Source: an uncultured Gemmatimonadales bacterium
GTDB taxonomy: Bacteria; Gemmatimonadota; Gemmatimonadetes; Gemmatimonadales; GWC2-71-9
Length of the DNA stretch: 64,000 nt
Assembly (NCBI GenBank): GCA_963842945.1
Contig: CAWJIM010000021.1
Span: 256,001 to 320,000 of the forward strand
Direction of reading: 5' to 3'
Shown: piece after piece, positions 52,509 to 60,935 of the stretch
How positions within the stretch are numbered: position 1 is the stretch's first letter
How the letters are laid out: each line of letters opens with the position of its first letter
The notes under the pieces: model-generated
What the model was told of the DNA's origin: nothing
Seen by the model: only the letters and a program-made list of their open reading frames with translations
Databases searched by the model: none
Program-made: the position numbers and the translations under genes

Positions 52509-53368
52509 AACCCCTGGTCCCCGCCTGCCACCGAGACCGCCACCTTCGGTGCCCCCCGTCGGGCAAAGGAGAACTTGTCGGACGCAATGAACTGCCGGTC
52601 GGCGGAGACCCAGCGGAAATGCTGGATGTGCACCGATTGAGCTTCGAGGGTGACCAGATTGAACACCGACGGTCTGCCGCCCCGCTGGCGGTAGCTGTGG
52701 GTGCCGGAGGTGCTGACCGCCACGCCGCCCTCGATCTGACCGGCGCCTTCATAGTGATCGTGCCCGCAGAGGATGACGTCGGCACCCGTATCGAGCAGCC
52801 GCTTGTGGGCCGCTCGCCATCGCGCCAGACCCATGCGACCGGTGCCTCCGGCCAGCACGTTGTGGTGAACCACCATGACCTTGGCCAGACCAGGCGGGGC
52901 CTGCTCGAAGAGCTTCTTGATCCGTTTGGTCTCCGATCTGGGGAGGTGTCCCTTGACCGCGATATCGCGCACGTTCCAGGTGAGTGAGCCCAACGAGAAA
53001 CCATAGCTGCTCAACGCTCCGGCGGCGATCATGCCGGGGGCCTCCAGTACCGGCCGGAGCTCGCTGTAGTAGCGGAGATATTTTGCGTACTTCCTCTTCT
53101 CGCCCAGCAGTCCGAGCGGACTCTTCCACCATTCGATATCGTGGTTTCCGGGCACCACGATCGCCGGGATCTTCATCCGCATGCGATGCATGAACACATG
53201 CGCCGCCTGAAACTCTCCATGCCGGGCGCGCTGGCTGAGATCGCCGGAGACGACCAGCGCGGTGAGATTGAGGGTGGGGAGAAATTCCTCGAGCGCTTCG
53301 ATCTGTTTGAGGTCGGCATATCCGCCGAAGTGCAAATCGGAGAGATGAGCGATGGTGACGATAGTCAC
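52505..53368 (-). CDS. Calcineurin-like metallophosphoesterase
   Basis: HLSDLHFG, SGDL, PGNHD, HH, GHDH; GTG 53368 overlaps the upstream stop. Confidence 0.9.
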   Translation of the reverse strand: MTIVTIAHLSDLHFGGYADLKQIEALEEFLPTLNLTALVVSGDLSQRARHGEFQAAHVFMHRMRMKIPAIVVPGNHDIEWWKSPLGLLGEKRKYAKYLRYYSELRPVLEAPGMIAAGALSSYGFSLGSLTWNVRDIAVKGHLPRSETKRIKKLFEQAPPGLAKVMVVHHNVLAGGTGRMGLARWRAAHKRLLDTGADVILCGHDHYEGAGQIEGGVAVSTSGTHSYRQRGGRPSVFNLVTLEAQSVHIQHFRWVSADRQFIASDKFSFARRGAPKVAVSVAGGDQGL

Positions 53369-54837
53369 CAGATTACCCGAATGCGATAGGTCAGCACCGC
53401 TTCTCCCCGGGCCGGCACCCGCACCCGGAAACGGGTGAGAGTGGAAGAAACTTTTTCGGCCGGTACCGAGCTCGCCAGCACGCTCCACTCTCCGGCCCGC
53501 TCCTCCTCCACCGCGATCGTCGTCGCGCTGTCGGTGGCGTTCTTCAGGGTAACCCGGTAGTCGGCCGTAGCCACTGTGTGCACGCCCTGAGCCTTGGTGC
53601 TGTCCCGCCGGGTGACGTAGCTGGTCTGCACTCGCCTGGCGGTCAGATCGAAGGCGTTGCCGGCGTTCAGCCGGAGGTCATTCCCTGCGGGGGTGTGATC
53701 CAGCGACGCCTCACCAATCAGCTGCAATCCGCCGGAGCTGTCCGGCTGGTACAACCTGGCTACGCCTGCAGGGAGCGGCCGATCGCCAAAGTCCGTCTTA
53801 CGGGGACGCTCCAGGGTATACGTCACTTCCACCGGTGGCTGCAGCTCCTCACCCTGCTGGGGGAGAAAACCCCAGTAGGGCACATCTCCATGTACCACAT
53901 AGCTGCGCCCGTACTTCACCTGGACCGGATCGAACAGGGCCACCGACGTGGTTTGGCCGGGCTGCAGCGTGCTCCGCCCCGGCAACGTGTACAGGTGAAA
54001 CTCGCCGACCCGCTGTTCGGTCGCAGCGTCGCGCGCCATCATGTCGGCGGCAGCAAGAGCCTGCTTCCGGGCCAGCGGTTGTGGAGGAGCACCCGGCTGC
54101 TCGGCCCGTCCGACTGAGCCGGCCAGAAGGTGGACTTCCGCATTCTCGGCCCGCAGCGATTCGGACGGCAGTACGGCCATGCCGGTAACTCGGGCATCCT
54201 CCCGCGCCAGCACCATTTGATAGCTCGCCTGCCAGGAGGCTCCGCTGGTGAAGTAGCCCAGCCGCATCTGATCTCGAGAGCGGGCGCTCCGAACGGCGAG
54301 CGACACGGTGGGCTCCACGACCACGACGTCGCGGGGGTAGAGCGCCAGGCCGGGCGGAGTGAAGCTGATCCGGCCGTCCGGCAGCTGCAGCCGGAGCGGG
54401 TCCACCCCCAGCACCAGGGCGCTCACGGTATCGCGGGGATCGCTGAGCCGAAAGACCAGCCGCTTACCCACCGAGCGCCGTAGCACGCTGGCCTCATCCA
54501 CCGCGCCGTCATAGGAAACGCGGTCCACAATCACCGACGAATCCAGTGAAAAGATTGTTGCCGGATCCAGCGCGCCCAGCGTCAGCCGCTGGTTGGAAGC
54601 TCCCTTGGGGATAGTGGCCGGAACACTGCGCCGGACCAGCACCCGGCCGTCGTTGTAGATGGTGAGGGAGGTCTGGGCGTGCAGAGGAGCAGCGAGGCAG
54701 AGGGGCAGCAGGGCAGCTATGGCAAGAAGCGTGGCCGAACTGCGCAGCAGTGACCCGACCGAGCCTACCCATTCGCCTAAATGGCCTCGACTGAAGTTCT
54801 GCCCCGCTGCCCTGCTGCCCCGCTGCCCGTCTGTCAT
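53365..54837 (-). CDS. DUF4139 domain secreted protein
   Basis: LTIYN.G..LVR, Y...G.SW.A.Y, HLY.L, PLP.G..R.Y, GE....HTP, G.AFD. Confidence 0.85.
   Translation of the reverse strand: MTDGQRGSRAAGQNFSRGHLGEWVGSVGSLLRSSATLLAIAALLPLCLAAPLHAQTSLTIYNDGRVLVRRSVPATIPKGASNQRLTLGALDPATIFSLDSSVIVDRVSYDGAVDEASVLRRSVGKRLVFRLSDPRDTVSALVLGVDPLRLQLPDGRISFTPPGLALYPRDVVVVEPTVSLAVRSARSRDQMRLGYFTSGASWQASYQMVLAREDARVTGMAVLPSESLRAENAEVHLLAGSVGRAEQPGAPPQPLARKQALAAADMMARDAATEQRVGEFHLYTLPGRSTLQPGQTTSVALFDPVQVKYGRSYVVHGDVPYWGFLPQQGEELQPPVEVTYTLERPRKTDFGDRPLPAGVARLYQPDSSGGLQLIGEASLDHTPAGNDLRLNAGNAFDLTARRVQTSYVTRRDSTKAQGVHTVATADYRVTLKNATDSATTIAVEEERAGEWSVLASSVPAEKVSSTLTRFRVRVPARGEAVLTYRIRVIW
54681..54828. repeat. Palindromic octamer tandem-repeat element inside the DUF4139 N-terminus
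   Basis: gcagagga gcagcgag gcagaggg gcagcagg gcagc ... ctgccccg ctgccctg ctgccccg ctgccc. Confidence 0.75.
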
Positions 54838-55124
54838 TTCATATACTCCATTGCCACTTGAGTGGCGATACGACGAACGATGATGTAGGTGGCCAGGACC
54901 GCGATGACCCCGTACAACCGCGCCATGGGGGCGCCGGTCATGCGCAGCGCAACGTACGCCGCCATCAGCACCGTTGCGGCGAGGGAGATGCGGCTGGCAA
55001 GTCTTCTTGCACGGACCTTTCGCTCGCGCAGACAGTCCGGGCACAGCTCGCCCCAGCCCAGTCCCCACACCCGCCGCCCGCACCGGCCGCAGGGAACCTC
55101 AGGCTGCCCGTCTCGCAACCGCAT
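54834..55124 (-). CDS. Small zinc-finger (CxxC...CxxC) two-TM protein
   Basis: CGRC...CPDC followed by two hydrophobic helices; overlaps both neighbours. Confidence 0.65.
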   Translation of the reverse strand: MRLRDGQPEVPCGRCGRRVWGLGWGELCPDCLRERKVRARRLASRISLAATVLMAAYVALRMTGAPMARLYGVIAVLATYIIVRRIATQVAMEYMK

Positions 55125-56115
55125 GTCCGAACTCCTCCGTGCTGGCGGTGCCTCCAAGGTCCCGGGTGCGGATTCCGTCGCTCACGATCGTGGTGACAAT
55201 GGCATTCCGGATCCGCTCGGCCCGGTCCAGCTCACCGATATGATCCAGCATCATGGCGGCGGCAAACATCTGGGCGGAAGGGTTGGCGAGGCCCTTACCG
55301 GCAATGTCCGGAGCGCTTCCATGCACGGCCTCGAAGATCGCGGCCTTGGCCCCGATGTTGGCGCCCGGCGCGAGCCCCAGTCCGCCCACCAGACCGGACA
55401 CCTCATCACTCAGGATGTCGCCAAACATGTTTGTGGTCACCATGACGTCGAACTGCTCCGGGCGCATCACCAGCTGCATTGCGGTGTTGTCCACGATCAT
55501 GTCGTTGGATTCGATTTTGCCTTCATAGTCCTTGGCAATGCTGCGGCCCACCTCCAGAAACAGGCCGCTTACCATCTTCAGGATGTTGGCCTTGTGCACG
55601 ATGGTGACCTTGCGGCGGCCGTGCTTTACGGCGTAATCGAAGGCATACCGGATTATCCGCTCGCAGCCCCGCCGGGTGACGATCGCCATGGACTCCCCCA
55701 CCGCCCGGGGATCATCGCCGATGGCGATAAAGTGCTCCACCCCGATGTAGAGTCCCTCGAGGTTCTCCCGTACCAGCACGATGTCCACGTTTTCGAAGCG
55801 TCCACCGGGAACGATGGTGCGGGCGGGGCGAACGTTGGCGAACAACTCGAATTCCTTGCGCAGGCCCACGTTGACCGAACGAAATCCGGTGCCCACGGGC
55901 GTGGTCAGCGGTCCTTTGAGTGCCAAGGCGTTCTTTCGGATGCTCTCCACCGTGGCGTCGGGGAGCGGTGTACCGGTGGCTTCCACCGCGGCCACGCCGG
56001 CCAGCTCTTCGTCCCAGTTGAAGCGGAGCCCGGTGGCCTCCAGCACCTTCACCGTCTGCGTGGTGATCTCTGGTCCAATGCCGTCGCCAGGGATCAACGT
56101 GACATCGTAGGTCAT
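55099..56115 (-). CDS. icd: Isocitrate/isopropylmalate dehydrogenase family (NAD-IDH type)
   Basis: IPGDGIGPE, KGP..TP.G.GFRSVN, RENLEG.Y, HKANI.K, NMFGDILSD, FEAVHGSAPDIAG. Confidence 0.85.
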   Translation of the reverse strand: MTYDVTLIPGDGIGPEITTQTVKVLEATGLRFNWDEELAGVAAVEATGTPLPDATVESIRKNALALKGPLTTPVGTGFRSVNVGLRKEFELFANVRPARTIVPGGRFENVDIVLVRENLEGLYIGVEHFIAIGDDPRAVGESMAIVTRRGCERIIRYAFDYAVKHGRRKVTIVHKANILKMVSGLFLEVGRSIAKDYEGKIESNDMIVDNTAMQLVMRPEQFDVMVTTNMFGDILSDEVSGLVGGLGLAPGANIGAKAAIFEAVHGSAPDIAGKGLANPSAQMFAAAMMLDHIGELDRAERIRNAIVTTIVSDGIRTRDLGGTASTEEFGHAVARRAA

Positions 56116-56768
56116 GGACTTCCGGACACCGGCAGAAGAGCGGCCATCGCTGCCTTGATCGCCTGATCGGGCGAGCCCCCGCGGCCGTAAGAGACACTCC
56201 GCCACACCACTTTGCCGCTTCGGGTATCCGCCAGGACCATCGTCAAGTCGGCCCGGATCTGGCCGTTGGGCTCGGGGCCAAAACCGAGCGAGGCCGGCAC
56301 CAGGGCCATCCTGCCCCCGACCAAGGCCACCAGCCCGCGCAGGGAAGACCGGAGGGGATCCGGCACCTTGGTCATGTTGGGTGAGCGAAGCACGGCCTGT
56401 CCCATCTGATCGGGGTCCTCGACAAAGCCGGCCGCCCGGCGCGCAACTTTGCGGACTTCGGGTGGAAGCACCCAGTGGACCTCGGGGCCTCGGCTCACCA
56501 GCCCCTCACCAATGAGGGAATCGGCGCGAAGCAACGCCGGCCGGTGCTCCTTGTAGGGAGCATAGGCGGTGCTGGTCTCGAGTTCGGGATCGGCGACGAC
56601 GAGAGTGATGGGAAGGACTGCAATGTTCTGGCCCGAGAGCATGCCGACGGGCAGCACCGGGACCGGCGGTAGTGGCTTCAGCTCGTCTTGCGCGTGCAGA
56701 CTGCAGGCGACCAGCGCCAGCAGCCCCGCGTGGAACGCGGACCAGCAGCGTCGGGGAGTGGGAGGCAT
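56112..56768 (-). CDS. Secreted hypothetical protein
   Basis: Signal peptide ending SLHA; IAVLP and D.RSG.VVW patterns like the CsgG/TolB-N fold. Confidence 0.6.
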   Translation of the reverse strand: MPPTPRRCWSAFHAGLLALVACSLHAQDELKPLPPVPVLPVGMLSGQNIAVLPITLVVADPELETSTAYAPYKEHRPALLRADSLIGEGLVSRGPEVHWVLPPEVRKVARRAAGFVEDPDQMGQAVLRSPNMTKVPDPLRSSLRGLVALVGGRMALVPASLGFGPEPNGQIRADLTMVLADTRSGKVVWRSVSYGRGGSPDQAIKAAMAALLPVSGSP

Positions 56769-56791
56769 CGTGAAAACTTAAGTGGTGACTC

Positions 56792-57658
56792 TCACTCCAG
56801 GGAGAGTCCTCCGTCCACCACGATCGTCTGTCCGGTGATATGACGGGCAGAGTCAGAGCAGAGAAAGGAAATGACGTGGGCGACATCGTCGGGCTCCGCG
56901 ACCCGGCCGAGCACCGAGCTTTTCTGGGCTCGTTCGATCACCTCGGAGGGAAGCATTCCCATTCGCTCGGTGCGGATGAATCCGGGGGCAACCGCGTTGA
57001 CGTTGACGTTGGCGGGCCCCAGCTCCACCGCGGCGGCGCGGGTAAGACCCAGCAATGCTGCTTTGCTGGCCGCATAATTGGCCACGCCGAACCCGGGACG
57101 CTCGGCCTGATGCGCGCTCACGCTCACGATCTTCCCGAAGTGCTGGGCCCGGAAAATCGGTGCCACGGCCCGAATACAATTGAAAGTTCCGGTCACATTG
57201 GTCTCCAGCACCTCGGACCAGGCTTCCTGAGAGAGACGCCAGAGTGCCCCGTCGTTCGCAATGCCGGCATTGTTGACCAGGAAGTGAACGCCGCCCAGCC
57301 GCTGCTTGGTTTCCCGCACGAATTCCTCGACCGCTGCACGATCGCGGACGTCGCAGCGTTGGGCGTAGACCTGAATTCCCGTTCCCGTGAGAGCGGTCTC
57401 GGTCAACAGAGCCTGCTCGCTCACATCGCGTCCAGGCATGCTGACAAAGCAGAATGCCACGTGGCAGCCCAACCGGCCAAACTCCATGCAGATGTGCCGG
57501 CCCAGTCCGGTGGCTCCCCCGGTGACGATGACCACCTTGCCGCGCCAGCCCCTTACGATGGGCTGGCGGCGGGGTTCCTCGAGGGCGGCACCGGTTCCCT
57601 CCGGTGCCTCATACTCCCATGAGGGCCGGTGACCGAAGCCAAACGGTGGCAAAGGCAT
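56792..57658 (-). CDS. Short-chain dehydrogenase/reductase (FabG-like)
   Basis: TGGATGLG, NNAG, YAASK, NAVAPG, ITGQ...VDGG. Confidence 0.92.
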   Translation of the reverse strand: MPLPPFGFGHRPSWEYEAPEGTGAALEEPRRQPIVRGWRGKVVIVTGGATGLGRHICMEFGRLGCHVAFCFVSMPGRDVSEQALLTETALTGTGIQVYAQRCDVRDRAAVEEFVRETKQRLGGVHFLVNNAGIANDGALWRLSQEAWSEVLETNVTGTFNCIRAVAPIFRAQHFGKIVSVSAHQAERPGFGVANYAASKAALLGLTRAAAVELGPANVNVNAVAPGFIRTERMGMLPSEVIERAQKSSVLGRVAEPDDVAHVISFLCSDSARHITGQTIVVDGGLSLE

Positions 57659-57677
57659 GGAGGTCGAAGCTACGGGC

Positions 57678-57746
57678 GGGAATAAGGACGGGCAAGACGG
57701 GAAGGACGGGTAAGACGGGAACCTTTCCCCTACTTCCTGTCTTCCT
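57678..57746. repeat. Palindromic nonamer tandem-repeat element
   Basis: aaggacggg caagacggg aaggacggg taagacggg followed by degenerate complements cctttccc/cttcctgt/cttcctt. Confidence 0.7.
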
Positions 57747-57758
57747 TAACGTTCGAGC

Positions 57759-59798
57759 ATGCTGCTCAAGTATCTCGGCTGGCTGGTGCTGGCCGTCGCC
57801 GGCGCGGTTGCCTGGGGCATGTTGGGCCTGCATCGCGGTGAGACCATCAGCGCCGCCTGGTTGGTGCTGGCCGCTGTGGGCACCTACCTCCTGGCGTATC
57901 GCTTTTACAGTCGCTTCCTGGCCACCAAGGTGTTTGGACTCAACGACCGGCGAGCCACTCCGGCCGAGCGCCTGATGAACGGCCGAGACTTCGTGCCGAC
58001 GTCTCGCTGGGTGCTCTTCGGACATCACTTTGCCGCTATTGCCGGAGCCGGACCGCTGGTAGGCCCGGTGCTGGCGGCTCAGTTCGGTTACCTGCCCGGC
58101 GCTATATGGATCGTCTTTGGCGTGGTGCTGGGCGGAGCAGTCCAGGATTTCGTGATCCTCTTCGGCTCCATGCGGCGAGACGGCAAGTCGCTGGGGCAGA
58201 TGGCCAAGGAGGAGACCGGCCCGATCACCGGCATCCTCGCCATGGTGGCTGTGCTGGCCATCATGGTCATCCTGCTGGCGGTTCTGGCGCTCGTGGTGGT
58301 CAACGCGCTGAAGGACAGCCCCTGGGGAATCTTTACCATCCTCTGCACCATACCGATCGCCGTCCTGATGGGCTTCTGGATGAAGGTCTGGCGCCCCGGC
58401 CGCACACTGGAGGCATCGGTTGTGGGCGTGGTGCTGCTCCTGCTGGCGCTCGTCGGTGGGAGATACGTCGCAGGATCACCCGGTCTGGCTCCCTACTTCA
58501 CCGCCTCCGGATTGACCATCGCCTATGGCTTGATCGCCTACGGGTTCATTGCCAGTGTGCTCCCGGTATGGATGCTGCTCTGCCCCCGGGACTATCTCTC
58601 GACCTTCATGAAGATCGGGACGATTCTTCTGCTGGCCGTGGGCATTCTCATCGCCCTGCCTCCGCTGAAGCTTCCGGCTCTGACTCGATTCATCGACGGC
58701 ACCGGCCCGGTCTTCGCCGGCAAGCTCTTTCCCTTTGCCTTCATCACCATCGCCTGCGGCGCGATCAGCGGGTTTCACGCCCTCGTCGCCTCGGGCACCA
58801 CGCCCAAGATGCTGACCCGCGAAAGCGATGCCCGCCTGATCGGCTATGGCGGAATGTTGATGGAGTCGTTCGTGGCGGTCATGGCCTTGTGTGCCGCCGC
58901 CTTGCTCGAGCCGGGAGTGTACTTCGCCATCAACGCTCCGCTCGCGACGCTCGGTGGAAGTCTGGAATCAGCGGTTGGGGTGATCCGGAATTGGGGCTTC
59001 ACGGTTACGTCCGAGCAGCTTCAGGGACTGGCTTCGGCTGTGGGCGAGAAGAGTCTGCTCGGCAGAACCGGCGGCGCACCGTCACTGGCGGTGGGCATGG
59101 CGCACATCTTCAGCTCCGCATTCGGCAGCGGCCTGATGGCGCTGTGGTATCACTTCGCCATCATGTTCGAAGCGCTGTTCATCCTCACCACCATTGATAC
59201 CGGAACCCGGGTGGGCCGCTTCATGCTGCAGGAGCTGGCCGGGCATGTCTGGCGTCCGCTGGGCAGAACCTCCTGGTACCCGAGCACCGTGCTGGCGTCC
59301 GGGCTGGTGGTGGCAGGCTGGGGGTACTTTCTGGTCCAGGGCGTCCTCGACCCGCTGGGAGGCATCAACTCGCTCTGGCCCCTGTTCGGCATCAGCAATC
59401 AGCTGCTGGCGGCGGTGGCACTGTGCGTCGGCACCACCCTGATCATCAAGAGCGGCAGAGCCCGCTACGCCTGGGTCACGCTGCTGCCGCTGTGTGGGGT
59501 GCTGACCGTGACACTGACCGCCGGCTGGCAGAAGATTTTTGCGGCCGACCCCAGGCTGGGCTTCCTCTCCCATGCTGCAGCGGTAGCGTCCCAGATCTCG
59601 GCAGGGACAGTGGACCCCACCCACGGCGCCAGGCTGATCTTCAACGACCGGCTGGACGCCGTACTGACCATGATCTTCATCGTGGTCACGGTGCTGGTGG
59701 TGCTCTCCTCGGCCAGGGAATGGGTGTTGATCCTCACCCGGCGTAAACCTGCCCGAGTGCAGGAGTCTCCTTTTGTGGAGACGGCATATGCGGGGTGA
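57759..59798 (+). CDS. cstA: Carbon starvation protein A (peptide/pyruvate transporter)
   Basis: TPA....G.DFVP, FGHHFAAIAGAGPLVGP, TIACGAISGFH, RTGGAP.LA, LWPLFGI.NQ.L. Confidence 0.97.
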   Translation: MLLKYLGWLVLAVAGAVAWGMLGLHRGETISAAWLVLAAVGTYLLAYRFYSRFLATKVFGLNDRRATPAERLMNGRDFVPTSRWVLFGHHFAAIAGAGPLVGPVLAAQFGYLPGAIWIVFGVVLGGAVQDFVILFGSMRRDGKSLGQMAKEETGPITGILAMVAVLAIMVILLAVLALVVVNALKDSPWGIFTILCTIPIAVLMGFWMKVWRPGRTLEASVVGVVLLLLALVGGRYVAGSPGLAPYFTASGLTIAYGLIAYGFIASVLPVWMLLCPRDYLSTFMKIGTILLLAVGILIALPPLKLPALTRFIDGTGPVFAGKLFPFAFITIACGAISGFHALVASGTTPKMLTRESDARLIGYGGMLMESFVAVMALCAAALLEPGVYFAINAPLATLGGSLESAVGVIRNWGFTVTSEQLQGLASAVGEKSLLGRTGGAPSLAVGMAHIFSSAFGSGLMALWYHFAIMFEALFILTTIDTGTRVGRFMLQELAGHVWRPLGRTSWYPSTVLASGLVVAGWGYFLVQGVLDPLGGINSLWPLFGISNQLLAAVALCVGTTLIIKSGRARYAWVTLLPLCGVLTVTLTAGWQKIFAADPRLGFLSHAAAVASQISAGTVDPTHGARLIFNDRLDAVLTMIFIVVTVLVVLSSAREWVLILTRRKPARVQESPFVETAYAG

Positions 59799-60021
59799 AG
59801 GCAGGGCAGCGGGGCAGCCGGGCAGCGCGTCAGCCGGCGTACGGGCGGTGCTTCGGCGTGCGCTGTCAGCCGTGCGGCGCATTGCGGGCATGCCGGATTA
59901 CGTGGCCTACGTGGAGCATCTGCGCCGTCACCATCCCGACCGGCCGGTGCCGACGGAGCGGGAGTTCTACGATGAGTTCACGCGGGTGCGCTACGGCGAT
60001 GGCCCCACCCGCTGCTGTTAG
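59788..60021 (+). CDS. YbdD/YjiX family small protein
   Basis: G.PDY..YVEH....HP, P..REF, C-terminal RCC; directly downstream of cstA. Confidence 0.88.
   Translation: MRGEGRAAGQPGSASAGVRAVLRRALSAVRRIAGMPDYVAYVEHLRRHHPDRPVPTEREFYDEFTRVRYGDGPTRCC
59800..59827 (+). repeat. Octamer tandem repeat (GGGCAGCN), single arm
   Basis: gcagggcagcggggcagccgggcagc; same unit as 54799-54828. Confidence 0.65.
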
Positions 60022-60935
60022 CTCCCAGCTTCTAGCTCCCAGCTTCCAGCTTCTTCACCCAGTCGGTTAGCCATTGGCCCGGTCCGCGAAATCACCGCGG
60101 AACTGTCATTGGCCAGAAAATCGTAGCCACCCCGCGCGAGGCTGGAATCCGCATAGACGCCTCGCCTCCGGGCCTCCGCTCGGGCGTCCAGCAGCGCTTG
60201 CAGACTCTCCTCGGTTCCGATCCAGAGCAATCCATCCGATGCCCTGATGGCGTATCGCTTGGGGACTCGGAAGCTGTCCGGCGCGGCGTAGACCCGGGCA
60301 AGCAGTGGGATCAGCTTCGGGTCGGTGAAATACGACAGCAGCGTGAGATAGCGAACCCGGAACTCTTCCGTGTCTGCGGTGCGGAAGCGGGCGGCGACCG
60401 AATCGGCGGCACCGGCTTTCAACCGCCCGAGGACCCAGGCGTCACCATGGTCGTAATCCTTGTTCGGAATCCGCCGCAGGATGTCGGCCAGAACGGCCGA
60501 ATCACCCTGCACCGTGCGCCGTCGCTCCAGGAGGATGGCCTGAAGAGACGGCAACAAGTCCTCCGCCTTAAGACCGGGATTGCCGGGGAACGGAGGGAAG
60601 GGCGCGCCCTCCAGCCGCCGGCGCAGTTGGCCCGCGCTATCGGCATAGAGTCGACTCCTGAGCTCGGCGAGACGCGTCAGCCCGATCAGCGCCGAGTTCC
60701 AGTCTCCCGTTCCGGCCAGCGCCGAGCGCATCAAGCGCCAAAGCCGGGCGGGCGAGCGGGAGCGCTGGATAGCGGTGACGGAGTCGGCCTGCGGGGTTCC
60801 GGCTTTCAGGGCTTCGTGCAGCTCGGAATAGGTGGCCCGGGTGGAATCGCCCACCCGAACCTGAACCTGCCCGGCGGCGGGTCGCGGGGACACTCCGGCC
60901 AGAGCCAGAAAGACGACGAGCGCTCGCCGGCTCAC
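60018..60935 (-). CDS. Secreted helical (HEAT-like) hypothetical protein
   Basis: GTG 60935 overlaps the MFS stop; signal peptide ALVVFLALAG; possible frameshift near 60080. The 735-aa track ORF is a fusion artefact. Confidence 0.6.
   Translation of the reverse strand: MSRRALVVFLALAGVSPRPAAGQVQVRVGDSTRATYSELHEALKAGTPQADSVTAIQRSRSPARLWRLMRSALAGTGDWNSALIGLTRLAELRSRLYADSAGQLRRRLEGAPFPPFPGNPGLKAEDLLPSLQAILLERRRTVQGDSAVLADILRRIPNKDYDHGDAWVLGRLKAGAADSVAARFRTADTEEFRVRYLTLLSYFTDPKLIPLLARVYAAPDSFRVPKRYAIRASDGLLWIGTEESLQALLDARAEARRRGVYADSSLARGGYDFLANDSSAVISRTGPMANRLGEEAGSWELEAGS
60020..60054. repeat. Heptamer tandem repeat (AGCTYCY) x5
   Basis: agctccc agcttct agctccc agcttcc agcttct, at the junction of convergent genes. 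Confidence 0.8.

Noticed and set aside
60010..60021. Selenocysteine in the YbdD/YjiX C-terminus
   Set aside because: The codons are TGC TGT TAG (Cys-Cys-stop), with no in-frame TGA.
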